A DNA stretch of 64,000 nucleotides from the human T2T-CHM13v2.0 reference genome, Homo sapiens: NCBI RefSeq assembly GCF_009914755.1, contig NC_060939.1; one strand, 5' to 3'. How positions within the stretch are numbered: position 1 is the first letter of the stretch; the number at the start of each line of letters is the position of its first letter. Position numbers and translations under genes: made by a program. The notes beneath the pieces are model-generated. The model made no database searches and was not told the DNA's origin. It saw only the letters and a program-made list of their open reading frames with translations. This document shows positions 12,650 to 31,056 of this stretch, piece after piece.

Positions 12650-13295
12650 ATAATTTTTTTTTTAATTGACGGACACGAACTGTATATATTTATGGTATAT
12701 GACATAATGTTTTTTCTTTTTTTGTCCTCATCGCCTGTCCTAAGAAGAACATAGTGTTTTGATATACAGTATGCGTACACTATGGAATGGCTAAACTGAA
12801 CTAAGTAACATATGCATTGCCTCACCTACTTGCCAGTTATTTGTGGTAAGAACACTTAAAACTACTCTCTTAGAAGTGCTCAAGAATACAAGACACTGTG
12901 TTTAGCTGTGGTCACCATGCTGTGCAACAGATTTCTTGAAGTTTCTCCTCCTAACTGAAATTGTGTATCCCTGGCCAACCTCTTCTCAGTCCTTCCCCTG
13001 CCCCAGCCTCTGGTAAGCACCATCCCACTCTCTGCCTCTGTGAGTTTGACATTTTTAGCCTCTGTATATAAGTGAGATCATAAAGTAGCTGTCTTTTGGC
13101 ACCCAGCTTATTTCGCTTAGCATAATGTCCTCCAGGTTCATCTATGGTGTTGCAAATGACAGGATTTCCTTGTTTCTTAAGGCTGAATAGTACTCAACCG
13201 TGTATTTATAACACATTTTCTTCACCTGTCGATGGACACGGAGGTTGATTCCATATTCTGGCTGTTGTGGATAGTGCTATGATGAACATGGGTAC
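12650..13295 (-). mobile_element. L1MA-like 3' end
   Basis: Antisense L1 3'UTR and ORF2 end (AGCATAATGTCCTCCAGGTTCATC...GGCTGAATAGTACTC). Confidence 0.8.
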
Positions 13296-14194
13296 AGGTA
13301 GAGTAGCCTGCACTCTTTACCATCATTCATTTCTCTCTCTCTAGCTACTGTCGACAGCACCAACTACGTACCAGGCATGGAATGCAATATTATTTATATC
13401 CTTTACTCCTCCCAGTCCTGCAGATTTTATTCATCACATTTTACCCGTGAGGACCATGAATCTTTCCATGAGGACAATGAAGATGTAGAACGTATTCTAG
13501 TATCCTAAGCAGTAGTCAAAGTTTGAACCTTAGCTTGCCTGACCCCAAAGCCCATGCTCTTCAGCATTACATTATGAAATTCTTGGGAGACCTAGCACAA
13601 CTCTGAATTCGAGAAATATTAACTCAGCACCTACTCTGCACAAGATACATGAAACTCAACCCTCTCTCTTGTTGGCTTGTAGTCAGTCATTAGTGATATT
13701 TGAGAGCAATAGGTCATCTGGAGAGACTGGATGCAAAGCAATCACAGTCCATGAGCTGTCTCCATGAAGATTAGAAAAGAGGCACTTCTTTCTCAAGACA
13801 TGTTACTTCTATCTCTTGGGATGCTGTCATATTACACTGTTTTGTTAGAATAAGATCTCCTACTACCATCTTCTAGAGAACTGTTGTAAAGCACATGTGA
13901 GTCTGTGGAAGTTGTGATGTGCATGGGGCCTGCAAGGATGTGCACCAACACAACCTAAATGGGTGGCCTGGCTATGCTCACCAAAGGGCTTCTTGCTCTC
14001 CTTCCACATTTTTACCAGGCTGGATTCCATTTGCATTTTGTATTCTAGGACACACAGAAGCAGCTTTGTTGTCATGATGCAATGGCAGTGATCAGAAATG
14101 ATCACCCCTTCCATGAGAAAAATCATGAGAATCTAAAAATATGCAGACTTCCTACCTTACTCTAATGCTGAAAGAGAGTGATTTGAAGTCACCA

Positions 14195-14962
<768 letters not shown>

Positions 14963-16977
14963 TGACTTATAGTCTGCAGATCTGAGTGTTCATTTCAGCT
15001 TTGCCACGTTCTTCCCAGTGACCCTTCACAAGTCACTCTACTTCTGAGCATTCAGTTGCTTCTCTTTGAAAAGGAATTGTGTCCCCAGCCTGTGTGCCTC
15101 ACATCGGGGCCACGGTTCTGCTTTGTAAGGGCTTTGAAGCACTAGGGGAATTGGGATGCACCACATGCCTGCTAGTTCTGCATCACCAGGCTCTCTTCGG
15201 AGTGCTCCTTACCTTCATCACACACATGTGAGTTCCCGTTACCAAGCCAGGGTCTGTGTCAGATGTTGAGATACAAGAATGAAGAAAACTTTACCTGCAT
15301 AGTTAACTAGTGTCTATTCACCAGAATGAGTCGTTTGAGAGTAGAGAGTCTACATTAAGCTTTTCTCTGCCACCCCACCCTTGTACCTAGGACAGCTCCA
15401 AGGTCTCCAGATGTGCCTAATGAGCTGTTTTTCAGTTAGGAAATATTAAGAATAAATCTCTGCATATGACCCAGTGTCTCTGTGGTGTTAGATTTTTCTG
15501 TGGTACCAGATGACCAAACTGAAGTTAACCTTAACTAGTTTCCTCGTTCCAGAAAATAAGGACTTATTATCTTAACCCAACCCCTTATCTAGTTTTTAAA
15601 CAATGAATTTGGGAGCATTTAGAGGATAGTGTATTGATTAATACAAACTGATAACAATAATACTAATGCGCACACTTTGTTGAATGATTCCTACGTATCA
15701 GCTTTACAGCTCCAGGTTTACCAGGAGTAAGTCCGTTCTAATGGGGAAAAAAAACTGTTATTGCCCTTTAGAACAGAGTGTGGTATGTATCTCTACTTCA
15801 GCCGAGTACTTGACACTGTGTCTGTATCTTGATAGATTAGTGAATTTCCTGGGTAAAGAGAATTTGCCTGGGTTTAGAGATCAACCCAAGTGATTTCCTG
15901 GGTTTAGAGATCCTAAACTAGATCTCTAAAGAGTATTACTACCAGGTCTGTGTCAAATTGAAAGGTGATTCTGAATGTTGGGTCATCAGCATATATTGTT
16001 TAGTATGTTTATCAGAAGCTCAACTGGAAACAGATTTGCAGCTCTGCTGTAGAAGACAGCTTCAAGACTTGTAAAATGACATTGACAGATAAGAATGAGG
16101 AGCTACAGAAAAATGAAATAAAATTTATTAGGAAAAAGTGTGATAGCCTGTATTCCAGAAAGTCGCTTGCAAGGTACAAAAGATTCCTGGCTTGGTGATG
16201 ACTCATGTGAGGAAGGAATGAGATTTAGGCAAATAAAACCTCACATAAGGAATCCTGTGACAAGGCTGCCAAAACAGTGAGAACAATTGAAATCTACCAC
16301 CCAATTAAAAGGTGGCAATAGTTCTACTTTCTCTGTGAATACTACTATAAGTAGAATTATTATTCCATTCTGAATTCATTTTTACATTCTAAATACATTT
16401 ATATCTATTGAAAATTTTCCCATCAGATAATGATATATTATCAATGGATTTGAAAAATTAGAAATATCTTAATATTTCAAAATAAATATTTAACTCCAGA
16501 GAATAGGATAGCTTTTCTCATGTTCATCATTGTTGAAAATGCTTGTAGCAGTTACTTATATACATACTTTTAAAATAATTTTTATTAGTTCTGTTAATTG
16601 ACAATTTATAATCTGGGAAAGATTATAAATTCCTTTTATAAAGAGAAAAATGAAATTGAGATGTGACCCTGTCATAGTAATGCATTCAGGAATCTCATAT
16701 AAGCATTGCTAGATGAGTCATTTTGCTGGGAGCAGGGCAGCTCATTTTAAGGATGATATTGACAAAGAGGGTATAATACAGATGGCAGAAAACATGAAAA
16801 TCATCTTGTGTGTAGAAACCTGGAATATTTATCCCAGGAGTCATAAATAATAAAGGTTTTCCACTATGTGATATCACAGCCTGTGAATAAGTAATCCCTG
16901 TGTTCTTAATATCACCAAATGTCAGAGCTACGAGTCCCAAACAGGATGATTAAAACAAGTTATAAGAAATAAAGATA

Positions 16978-17888
16978 GAGAGAGGAGCCAAGATGGCCGA
17001 ATAGGAACAGCTCCGGTCTACAGCTCCCAGCGTGAGCAACGCAGAAGACAGGTGATTTCTGCATTTCCATCTGAGGTACCAGGTTCATCTCACTAGGGAG
17101 TGCCAGACAGTGGGCGCAGGTCAGTGGGTGCGTGCACCGTGCGCCAGCCGAAGCAGGGCGAGGCACTGCCTCACTCGGGAAGCGCAAGGGGTCAGGGAGT
17201 TCCCTTTCCTAGTCAAAGAAAGGGGTGACGGACAGCACCTGGAAAATCAGGCCACTCCCACCCGAATACTGCGCTTTTCCTACGGGCTTAAAAAACGGCG
17301 CACCAGGAGATTATATCCTGCACCTGGCTCGGAGGGTCCTACGACCACGGAGTCTCGCTGATTGCTAGCACAGCAGTCTGAGATCAAACTGCAAGGCGGC
17401 AGCGAGGCTGGGGGAGGGGCGCCCGCCATTGCCCAGGCTTGATTAGGTAAACAAAGCAGCTGGGAAGCTCGAACTGGGTGGAGCCCACCACAGCTCAAGG
17501 AGGCCTGCCTGCCTGCCTCTGTAGGCTACACCTCTGGGGGCAGGGCACAGACAAACAAAAAGACAGCAGTAACCTCTGCAGACTTAAATGTCCCTGTCTG
17601 ACAGCTTTGAAGAGAGCAGTCGTTCTCCCAGCACGCAGCTGGAGATCTAAGAACGGGCAGACTGCCTCCTCAAGTGCGTCCCTGACCCCTGACCCCCGAG
17701 CAGCCTAACTGGGAGGCACCCCCCAGCAGGGGCACACTGACACCTCACACTGCAGGGTACTCCAACAGACCTGCAGCTGAGGGTCCTGTTTGTTAGAAGG
17801 AAAACTAACAAACAGAAAGGACATCCACACCAAAAACCCATCTGTACATCGCCATTGTCAAAGACCAAAAGTAGATAAAACCACAAAG
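16978..17888. promoter_or_regulatory. L1 5'UTR with internal sense promoter and antisense promoter
   Basis: 911-bp CpG-containing 5'UTR. YY1 motif AAGATGGCC intact at 16990-16998; sense splice donor CTGAG|GTACC at 17075/17076; antisense donor CCAG|GTGCAG at 17324/17323. Activity cannot be shown from sequence. Confidence 0.8.
17280..17429 (-). pseudogene. ORF0: L1 antisense ORF0, truncated to 49 aa
   Basis: MAGAPPPASLPPCSLISDCCASNQRDS... from ATG at 17429, ending at TAG 17280-17282, earlier than the ~71-aa consensus. Confidence 0.85.
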
Positions 17889-18905
17889 ATGGGGAAAAAA
17901 CAGAACAGAAAAACTGGAAACTCTAAAAAGCAGAGCGCCTCTCCTCCTCCAAAGGAACACAGTTCCTCACCAGCAATGGAACAAAGCTGGACGGAGAATG
18001 ACTTTGACGAGCTGAGAGAAGAAGGCTTCAGACGATCAAATTACTCTGAGCTACAGGAGGACATTCAAACCAAAGGCAAAGAAGTTGAAAACTTTGAAAA
18101 AAATTTAGAAGAATGTATAACTAGAATAACCAATACAGAGAAGTGCTTAAAGGAGCTGATGGAGCTGAAAACCAAGGCTCGAGAACTACGTGAAGAATGC
18201 AGAAGCCTCAGGAGCCGACGCGATCAACTGGAAGAAAGGGTATCAGCAATGGAAGATGAAATGAATGAAATGAAGTGAGAAGGGAAGTTTAGAGAAAAAA
18301 GAATAAAAAGAAATGAGCAAAGCCTCCAAGAAATATGGGACTATGTGAAAAGACCAAATCTACGTCTGATTGGTGTACCTGAAAGTGATGGGGAGAATGG
18401 AACCAAGTTGGAAAACACTCTGCAGGATATTATCCAGGAGAACTTCCCCAATCTAGCAAGGCAGGCCAACGTTCAGATTCAGGAAATACAGAGAACGCCA
18501 CAAAGATATTCCTCGAGAAGAGCAACTCCAAGACACATAATTCTCAGATTCACCAAAGTTGAAATGAAGGAAAAAATGTTAAGGGCAGCCAGAGAGAAAG
18601 GTCGGGTTACCCTCAAAGGGAAGCCCATCAGACTAACAGCGGATCTCTCGGCAGAAACCCTACAAGCCAGAAGAGAGTGGGGGCCAATATTCAACATTCT
18701 TAAAGAAAAGAATTTTCAACCCAGAATTTCATATCCAGCCAAACTAAGCTTCATAAGTGAAGGAGAAATAAAATACTTTACAGACAAGCAAATGCTGAGA
18801 GATTTTGTCACCACCAGGCCTGCCCTAAAAGAGCTCCTGAAGGAAGCGCTAAATATGGAAAGGAACAACCGGTACCAGCCGCTGCAAAATCATGCCAAAA
18901 TGTAA
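17889..18905 (+). pseudogene. ORF1: L1 ORF1p (RNA-binding chaperone) with one premature stop
   Basis: MGKKQNRKTGNSK...QNHAKM*, 338 codons in one frame, interrupted by TGA at 18276-18278 (codon 130, CGA>TGA). Confidence 0.95.
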
Positions 18906-18953
18906 AGACCATCGAGACTAGGAAGAAACTGCATCAACTAACGAGCAAAATAA

Positions 18954-22795
<3,842 letters not shown>

Positions 22796-23035
22796 ACAAT
22801 GAGATCACATGGACACAGGAAGGGGAACATCACACTCTGGGGACTGTTGTGGGGTGGGAGGAGGGGGGAGGGATAGCATTGGGAGATATACCTAATGCTA
22901 GATGACAAGTTAGTGGGTGCAGCGCACCAGCATGGCACATGTATACATATGTAAATAACCTGCACAATGTGCACATGTACCCTAAAACTTAAAGTATAAT
23001 AATAAAAGAAAAAAAAAAAGAAATAAAGATAAACA

Positions 23036-23433
<398 letters not shown>

Positions 23434-24389
23434 TTAGGGTAATCTATGGGGTGATTCATGAGGTCCTTTCTGACTACAGGGTTGTGTGCCCCGTGGTGAT
23501 GATTTCTGGAGCCAAATTATCGTCTGAATACTAATCCACATGTCTGAGCTCACCTCTGCCATGACAGCCACTCCCTTTGCCACAATTCCAAAATGTTTTT
23601 GTTTGCAAACTCAATCTGGTGAAGTATTGAAATGTTTGAACAAATTCTGTGTTTCTCAATATGAGGCAACTTGTGGAATGTGTAAGTGACTTGAGGTTTC
23701 CAGAAATATTTAGGTTCCATTTCTCTCTATGTGTACAGATGCTTCCCTATTCTGGTAACAGTGGATTAATTTTGTGGGAAATAGCTAGGTTGTGGCTGAA
23801 CAAAAAGCAAAGTGTTTCTAATCATCAGTGTGTTTTTTTCTTCCCATGAGAAAATATACTTACTATAAACTTAGGAGGAAGTCAAGCCACCTCACTTCCT
23901 TTCTGTTTTTTTTTTTTTTTCAGGTTTAAAATACTCCATTTTTGCTATTCACTTTTACTTGAGCAAAAATAGTTAAAGAAAGACCCTGGAGATACCTAAA
24001 AAAGGTACACTATTTAGGTTCAGTTCCATGAAAGCAAGGCCTAGAAAGCAATAGTGTCTTTGTGATCACACAGAATTTGGGAACAAGGCTGAGAGAATTT
24101 TCCTTTAAGTGATATTTCATAGGACTTATAAAACATAAATAAATAGTTATAGAATAATAACTACAGAAAACACTCTATGATACCAGCTGACAAGCTGCAT
24201 GAGAAACCTTATCTATCTCCTGCATAAATCCCTATTACAAACAGACCCATGGCCAGGAGGAAATCAATATAATTAAACCTCACAGTGGGGAGAACTTCCT
24301 CTGCCAAACTTCAAGATCAAAGAAGGCTTTGCGGAAGAGATGGCATTGGATCTGGTTCTGAAAGATAGGAAGAATTTGAAGTATAAAGT

Positions 24390-25140
<751 letters not shown>

Positions 25141-25236
25141 AATAATGAACTGTCATCATGGTTAAGTAACCTACCCAGATTCAAACGAGACATAAAACTA
25201 GATATTCTCAAGTATGCAGAAAGAGCCACTAACACT

Positions 25237-26321
25237 ATGCAAGTCAATAAATGCAATACACCACATAAACAGGATTAAAAACAAAAACTACATGATTATC
25301 TCGATAGACGCAGAAAAAGCATTTGACATTAAGCATCCCTTAATGATTAAAGCCCTCAGCAAAATCAGCATAGAAGGGACACAAGGTAACAAAAGCCATC
25401 TACAACAAACCCACAGCCAACATAATACTGAAGGGGGATGAGCTGAAAGCATTCCTCCTGAGAACTGGAACAAGACAAGGATGCCCACTTTCACCACTTC
25501 TATTCACCACAGTACTGAAAGTCCTAGCCAAAGTAATCAGACAAGAGAAGGAAATAAAGGGCATCCAAATGGCTAAAGAGGAAGTCAAACTGTTGTTGTT
25601 TGCTGATGATATGATTATATACCTAGAAAACCCCAAAGACTTCTCCAAAAAGCTCCTAGAACTGATAAATGAATTGAGCAAAGTTTTAGGATACAAATTT
25701 ATTGTACACAAATCGGTAGCTCTACTATACACCAACAGCAACCAACCTGAGAATCAAATCAAGAACTCATCCCCTTTTACAATAGCTGAAAACAAAACAA
25801 AAAAAAAAAACTTAGGAATATACCTAACCAAGGAGGTAAAAGACCTCTACAAGAAAAGCTACAAAACACTGCTGAAAGAAATCACAGATGACACAAACAA
25901 ATGAAAACACATCCCACGCTCGTGGATGGGTAGAATCAATGTTGTGAAAATGACCGTATTGCCAAAAGCAATCTACAAATTCAATGCAATTCCCATCAAA
26001 ACATACCATCGTTCTTCACAGAACTAGAAAAAACAATCCTAAAATTCATATGGAACCAAAAAAGAGCCCACGTAGCCAAAGAAAGACTAAGCAAAAAGAA
26101 CAAATCTGGAGGTATCAACTGATATACCCTAAGGCCATAGTCACCAAAACAGCATGGTACTGGTATAAAAACAGGCATATAGACCAATGGAACAGAATAG
26201 AGAACCCAGAAATAAAGCCAAATACTTACAGCCAACTGATCTTCAACAAAGCAAACAAAAACATAAAGTGGGGAAAGGACACCCTATTCAACAAATGGGG
26301 CTGGGATAATTGGCAAGCCAC
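25237..26321 (+). mobile_element. Internal L1 ORF2 fragment (L1PB/old L1PA-like)
   Basis: RT motifs ([42 protein letters not shown]) spread over shifted frames. Confidence 0.9.
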
Positions 26322-27850
26322 CTTAGGAAAATATTACCAATATAAAAATCCACGGCAATATACTAAATTGTATTTTATAACTGATTAAAACAGGAATTGG
26401 GTAGTAAGAATTGGCAGTATTTATTAGTACTCTCCAGTTGAGAGACATGTTGGGGATAGAGAGTAGTCTGGCCTTGTCCTATATACCTATATGGATCTGG
26501 GGTAGTCTTCCAGATTCATATGACTTGTGTGAAATATCCCTTAAGAGTATCCAATTCCTCCTGGGCCAGGCCGTGTTGCATCCAGGTCACTTGTACCTCC
26601 CCTCTTTCTCTCCGAGGCTGCTTGTCCTCTCCCTGCATGCTCCAGGCCTCCTCGGACTTTCAGGGAAGCTCTAGTTGGGAAAGAGAGCTATTAATTAACC
26701 ACCCACTTGCTCAGCAATTCAGTGTTATGCTAGTTTGCTTTCCTGTGGGGACAACCTCAAAATCTCGGGGGCTTATACCAACAGCTATATTCCACTTGGG
26801 TTAGATGAGGGCTGCATGTTGTCTATTGGTCTGATCCATGGGTTGCTTTTGCTCCAAGGTCCAGGCTAAAGGAGATGCCCTCTCTTGGGGAATGTCATGC
26901 CCCTGCTAGAGGTAGTCTCTGCTTGGACTGGGCACACTGCTACTTCGCTGCTCATTTCATCAACCCCAGCCAGCCACTGTGGGGCAAGCCAGTGTTCCTT
27001 GCTTGTCAGAGATGCTGTACTTTGCATACAATGGTGAAGAGAGTGAACAGCAGGGTGTAATTAAACAGTCAACCACAACCTGAAGCCACTTTCCCTGCTA
27101 AGTGGACCTCAACTCAATGGTCTCATTCTGAAAGATGTGGCCTAAATTCTTGCTTGGAATGGTAATTCCTCTCTAATAGACTCTGGTGTTCTCTTGCCAG
27201 TCAAGAGGACTGAAGGGGATTGAAGGTCTGAACCTAGGCTCAGTGGCTACTGCCCCTCCTCCACAGCCGCTGGCTTCCAGCAGACATTCCTGATGCTGAT
27301 GTGCTCCTTGGAGTGCTGAGCTTTGGGGGAAATCCTGTTGCATGGTGCCAGACCCTCCTTCCCCATCTCATAACTCCATCACAGAGTTGGTCTACCATGG
27401 ATGAACTTATCCTAGGTTCAAGATATTCTGCCCAGGTGACTAGGCTTCTCCAGTGACAGATGGACCACTGCTCTTACCCCCTCATACCTGCTCCATCTGA
27501 GCTACTGGCCAGCTGGCCTCACCTGCCAAAGGCAACTGGGCCATGACGGCTGAGTAATAAAAAGCAATGCTGTGCTTTGCTTCCAGACTCACCAAGAACC
27601 CTCTGGCTACTAATTTTGTGTAGCAGATTTGCATTTTGATCCACATCCTTAGGTGCTTATGAAATAAAACTTGGATGCCTTTTGATAATCATGTTCTGGG
27701 TGTGTACCCAAAAGTGGAGTTGCTAACTCATAGGGTATGATTTTGTTCAAAACTGACATACTGTCAATAGTTTTCCAAATTAATGGTAATAATTTATACC
27801 TACACCAGTAATATAATGTGTTTCTGTCAATCCTTAAATTTTAGCCATCA

Positions 27851-29733
27851 TGAAGTTAAGTAATGTGATGCCTCTGGTTTTATTTTTCTTAGAATGACTT
27901 TGGCTCTTTTTGGGTTCCATATGAATATTAGAACAGTTTTTCTAATTCTGTGAAAAATTGCATTGGTAATTTGATAGAAATAATGCTGAATCTATAGTAT
28001 GGACATTTTAACAATATTGATTCTTTCAACACACCAGCATGGAATGTTTTTCCATTGGTCTGTGTCATCTATGATTTCTTTGAGTAGTGTTTTGTAGTTC
28101 TCCTTGTAGAGATTTTTCACCTCCTTGGTTAGATGTATTCCTAAGTATTTTAATTTGTTGGGGGGTGGTGCTATTTTGAATGGGATTTCACTCTTGATTT
28201 GGCTCTCAGCTTAAAAACTATTGGTATATAGAAATGCTACTGATTTGTGTATGCTGATTTTGTATCCTGAAGCTTTACTGAAGTCATTTACCAGGTCTAG
28301 GAGTTTTTTGGTAAAGTCTTTAAACTATTCCACAAGGCTACAGTAACCAAAACAGCATGGTACTGGTACAAAAAGAGACACATAGACCAATGAGACAGTA
28401 TAGAGAACCCAGAAATAAGGTCACACGCTTACAACCAACTGATCTTTGACAAAGTCAACAGAAACAAGTAATGGGGAAAAGACTCCATATTCAACAAATG
28501 GTGCAGGGAAAACTGCCTAATAATATGCAGAAGAATGAAACTGGACACTTAGCCCATATACAAAAATTAACTCAGGGGGATTAAAGACTTAATTGTAAGA
28601 CCTGAAACTGTAAAAATGCTAGAATAAAACATAGAAAATACCTTTCTTTAGCATGGCCTTGGCAAAGAATTTTTGGCCAAGTCCCCAAAAGCAACTGTTA
28701 CAGAAACAAAAATTGGTGAGTAGGATTTAATTAAACTAAAGAGATTTTGCACAACAACAAAAAAACATCAACACAGTAAACAGACAACCTACAGAATGAG
28801 AGAAAATATTTGCAAACTGTACATCCAACAAAGCAGCATCTATAAGCAACTTAAACAAATCAACAAGCAAAAAACAAATAACCCCATTAAAAAGTGGGCA
28901 AAGGACGTGAACAGATACTTCTCAAAAGAAGACATATAAGTGGCCAGCAAACAGATGAAAAAAAAAGTTCAACATCATTAATCACTAGAGAAATGCAAAT
29001 CAAAACCACAATGAGATATCATCTCACATCAGTCAGAATGGCCAATATTAAAAGTCAAAAATAACAGATGTTGGTGAGGTTGTAAAGAAAGGGGAAATTT
29101 TATACATTGTTGGTGGGAATGTAAATTACTCCAGCTACTATGGAGAGCAGTTTGGAGATTTCTCAAAGAACTAAGATTTGAGGTACCATTTGATCCAGCA
29201 ATTTTATTACTGGGTGTATGCCCAAAGGAAAATAAGCCATTTTACTGAAAAGACACATGAGCTTATATGTTCATTGCAGTGCTATTCATAATAGCAACGA
29301 CATGGAATCCAGGTGCCCGTCAACTCTGGATCGGATAAAGAAAATGTGGTACCTATACACCACGGAATACTATGCAGCCATAGAAAAGAATAAAATAATA
29401 TCCCTTGCAGCAACATGGATGCAGTCGGAGGCCACCATCCTAAGTGAATTAATGCATCAACAGAAAACCAAAAGTCACGTGTTCTCTTATAAGTGGGAGC
29501 TATATTGTGGGTATATGTGAGCATAAAGATGGGAACAATAGACACTGGGGACTCCAAAAGAGGAAAAAGAGGGGAGAAGGGCTAAAAACTTCCTATCGTG
29601 CAGTATGTTCACTACATGGATGACGGGATCAATAGAAGCCCAAACCTCAGCATCATGCAATATACCCCTGTAACAAACCTGTATATGTACCCCCTGAATC
29701 TAAAGTAAAAATGTAAGCAAATAAAATAAAAAA
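27851..29733 (+). mobile_element. 5'-inverted (twin-primed) old L1PA (L1PA15/16-like); 27851-28321 antisense, 28322-29733 sense
   Basis: The left end of the antisense part and the start of the sense part are contiguous in L1 coordinates; 3'UTR and A-rich tail end near 29733. Confidence 0.85.
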
Positions 29734-30460
29734 TGTAGGCCTCTTGATGAGTATACAGTGTTATCTCTTGGTTGGTTTACTTTGCAGTTTCCTGATGATT
29801 AACGATGTTGAACCACTTTTAATGTGAGCATTGATCATTTGAATACTCTTTTATTATGAAGTGCCTATCCAAACGTTTTCCCAATGTTTTAATTGAGTCT
29901 TTTTCTTACTGGCTTTTAGAAGCACTTTATATCATCTAGGCATAGGACCTTCGCTGCCATACTTAAAATATTCTCTCCTACTCTGTGATTTATGTTTTCA
30001 TTATTTAAACATTGTATTTCATTGAAGATATATTCAATATTTTAGTGTAGTCTAACTTATCAATCTTTTTTATGTTTAAAGTTTCCTATATAGTGTTTTA
30101 AAAAATCTGTTCCTACACCAAGATCATTAATATAATCTGTTAGAATATATTCTAAAATTTTTATTGCTCACTTATTGCATTTAGATTTAAACTCCACAAG
30201 GAAGTTATAGTGTGTGTCTATGAGATGTGAAATAAGGCTCAAATTTCTTTTTTGAACATGAATACTCAATTAAGCCAACACTGTCATTAAAATGACTGTT
30301 CTTCCTTCACCATTCTGCAGTGTTACCTTTGTCTCCATCGAGTATGCATGCGGCTGGTTTTGTTCTTTTGTCATGTTCTGTTGGTATGTGTGTTTATATT
30401 TATGTCCCTACCATACTGTCTTGCTAATATATCTTTATAATAACTTTTAATATTTAATAT
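29734..30460 (-). mobile_element. Old L1M fragment, continuing ~27620-27850 and split by the inverted L1
   Basis: Antisense ORF2-like sequence TTTAGCCAT...TTTGCAGTTTCCTGATGATTAACGATGTTGA resumes across the insertion. Confidence 0.6.
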
Positions 30461-30504
30461 TGACTTCTTTACGAAATAAGCTAAGCACAGAAAGACAAAT
30501 AATG

Positions 30505-30797
30505 AACCAGGTGCAGTGGCTCACACCTGCAATCCAACATTTTGGGAGGCCAAGGAGGAAGGATCATTTGAGCCCAGTAGTTTGAGACCAGCTTGGGCAA
30601 CACAGGGAGACCCTGTCTCTACAAAAAAAAAAAAAGAATTTAAAAAATTAGTCAGGCATGGTGATATAGCCTGTGGTCCCAGCTACTTGGAGGGTGCTGA
30701 GGCAGAAAGATCGCTTGAACCCAGGAGTTCAAGGCTGCAGTGAGCTATGATCACGCTACTGCACTCCAGCCTGAATGACAGAGTGAGACCTTGTCTG
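30505..30797 (+). mobile_element. AluJ
   Basis: Diverged dimer (TTGAGCCCAG, TTCAAGGCTGCAGTGAGCTATGATC). Confidence 0.9.
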
Positions 30798-30829
30798 AAA
30801 GAAGGAAGGAAGGAAGGAAGGAGGAAGAC

Positions 30830-30892
<63 letters not shown>

Positions 30893-31056
30893 AATGAAAG
30901 AAAGAGGGAGAAAGGAAGGAAGAAAGGAAGGAAGGAGAGATGAAAGAGAAAGGAAGGAAGGAAGGAAGGAAAGAGAGATGAAAGAAAGAGAAAGAAAGAA
31001 AGAAAAGAAAAGAGAGAAAGAGAGGAAGGAAGGAAGAAGGGGGGGAGGAAGGAAGA
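30797..31056 (+). repeat. (GAAA)n/(GGAA)n polypurine tract expanded from the Alu tail
   Basis: ~260 bp containing only about four pyrimidines. Confidence 0.95.

Noticed and set aside
16017-16180. Exon-like stretch (MTLTDKNEELQK...AAG|GTACAA)
   Set aside because: Weak splice sites and no recognisable homology.
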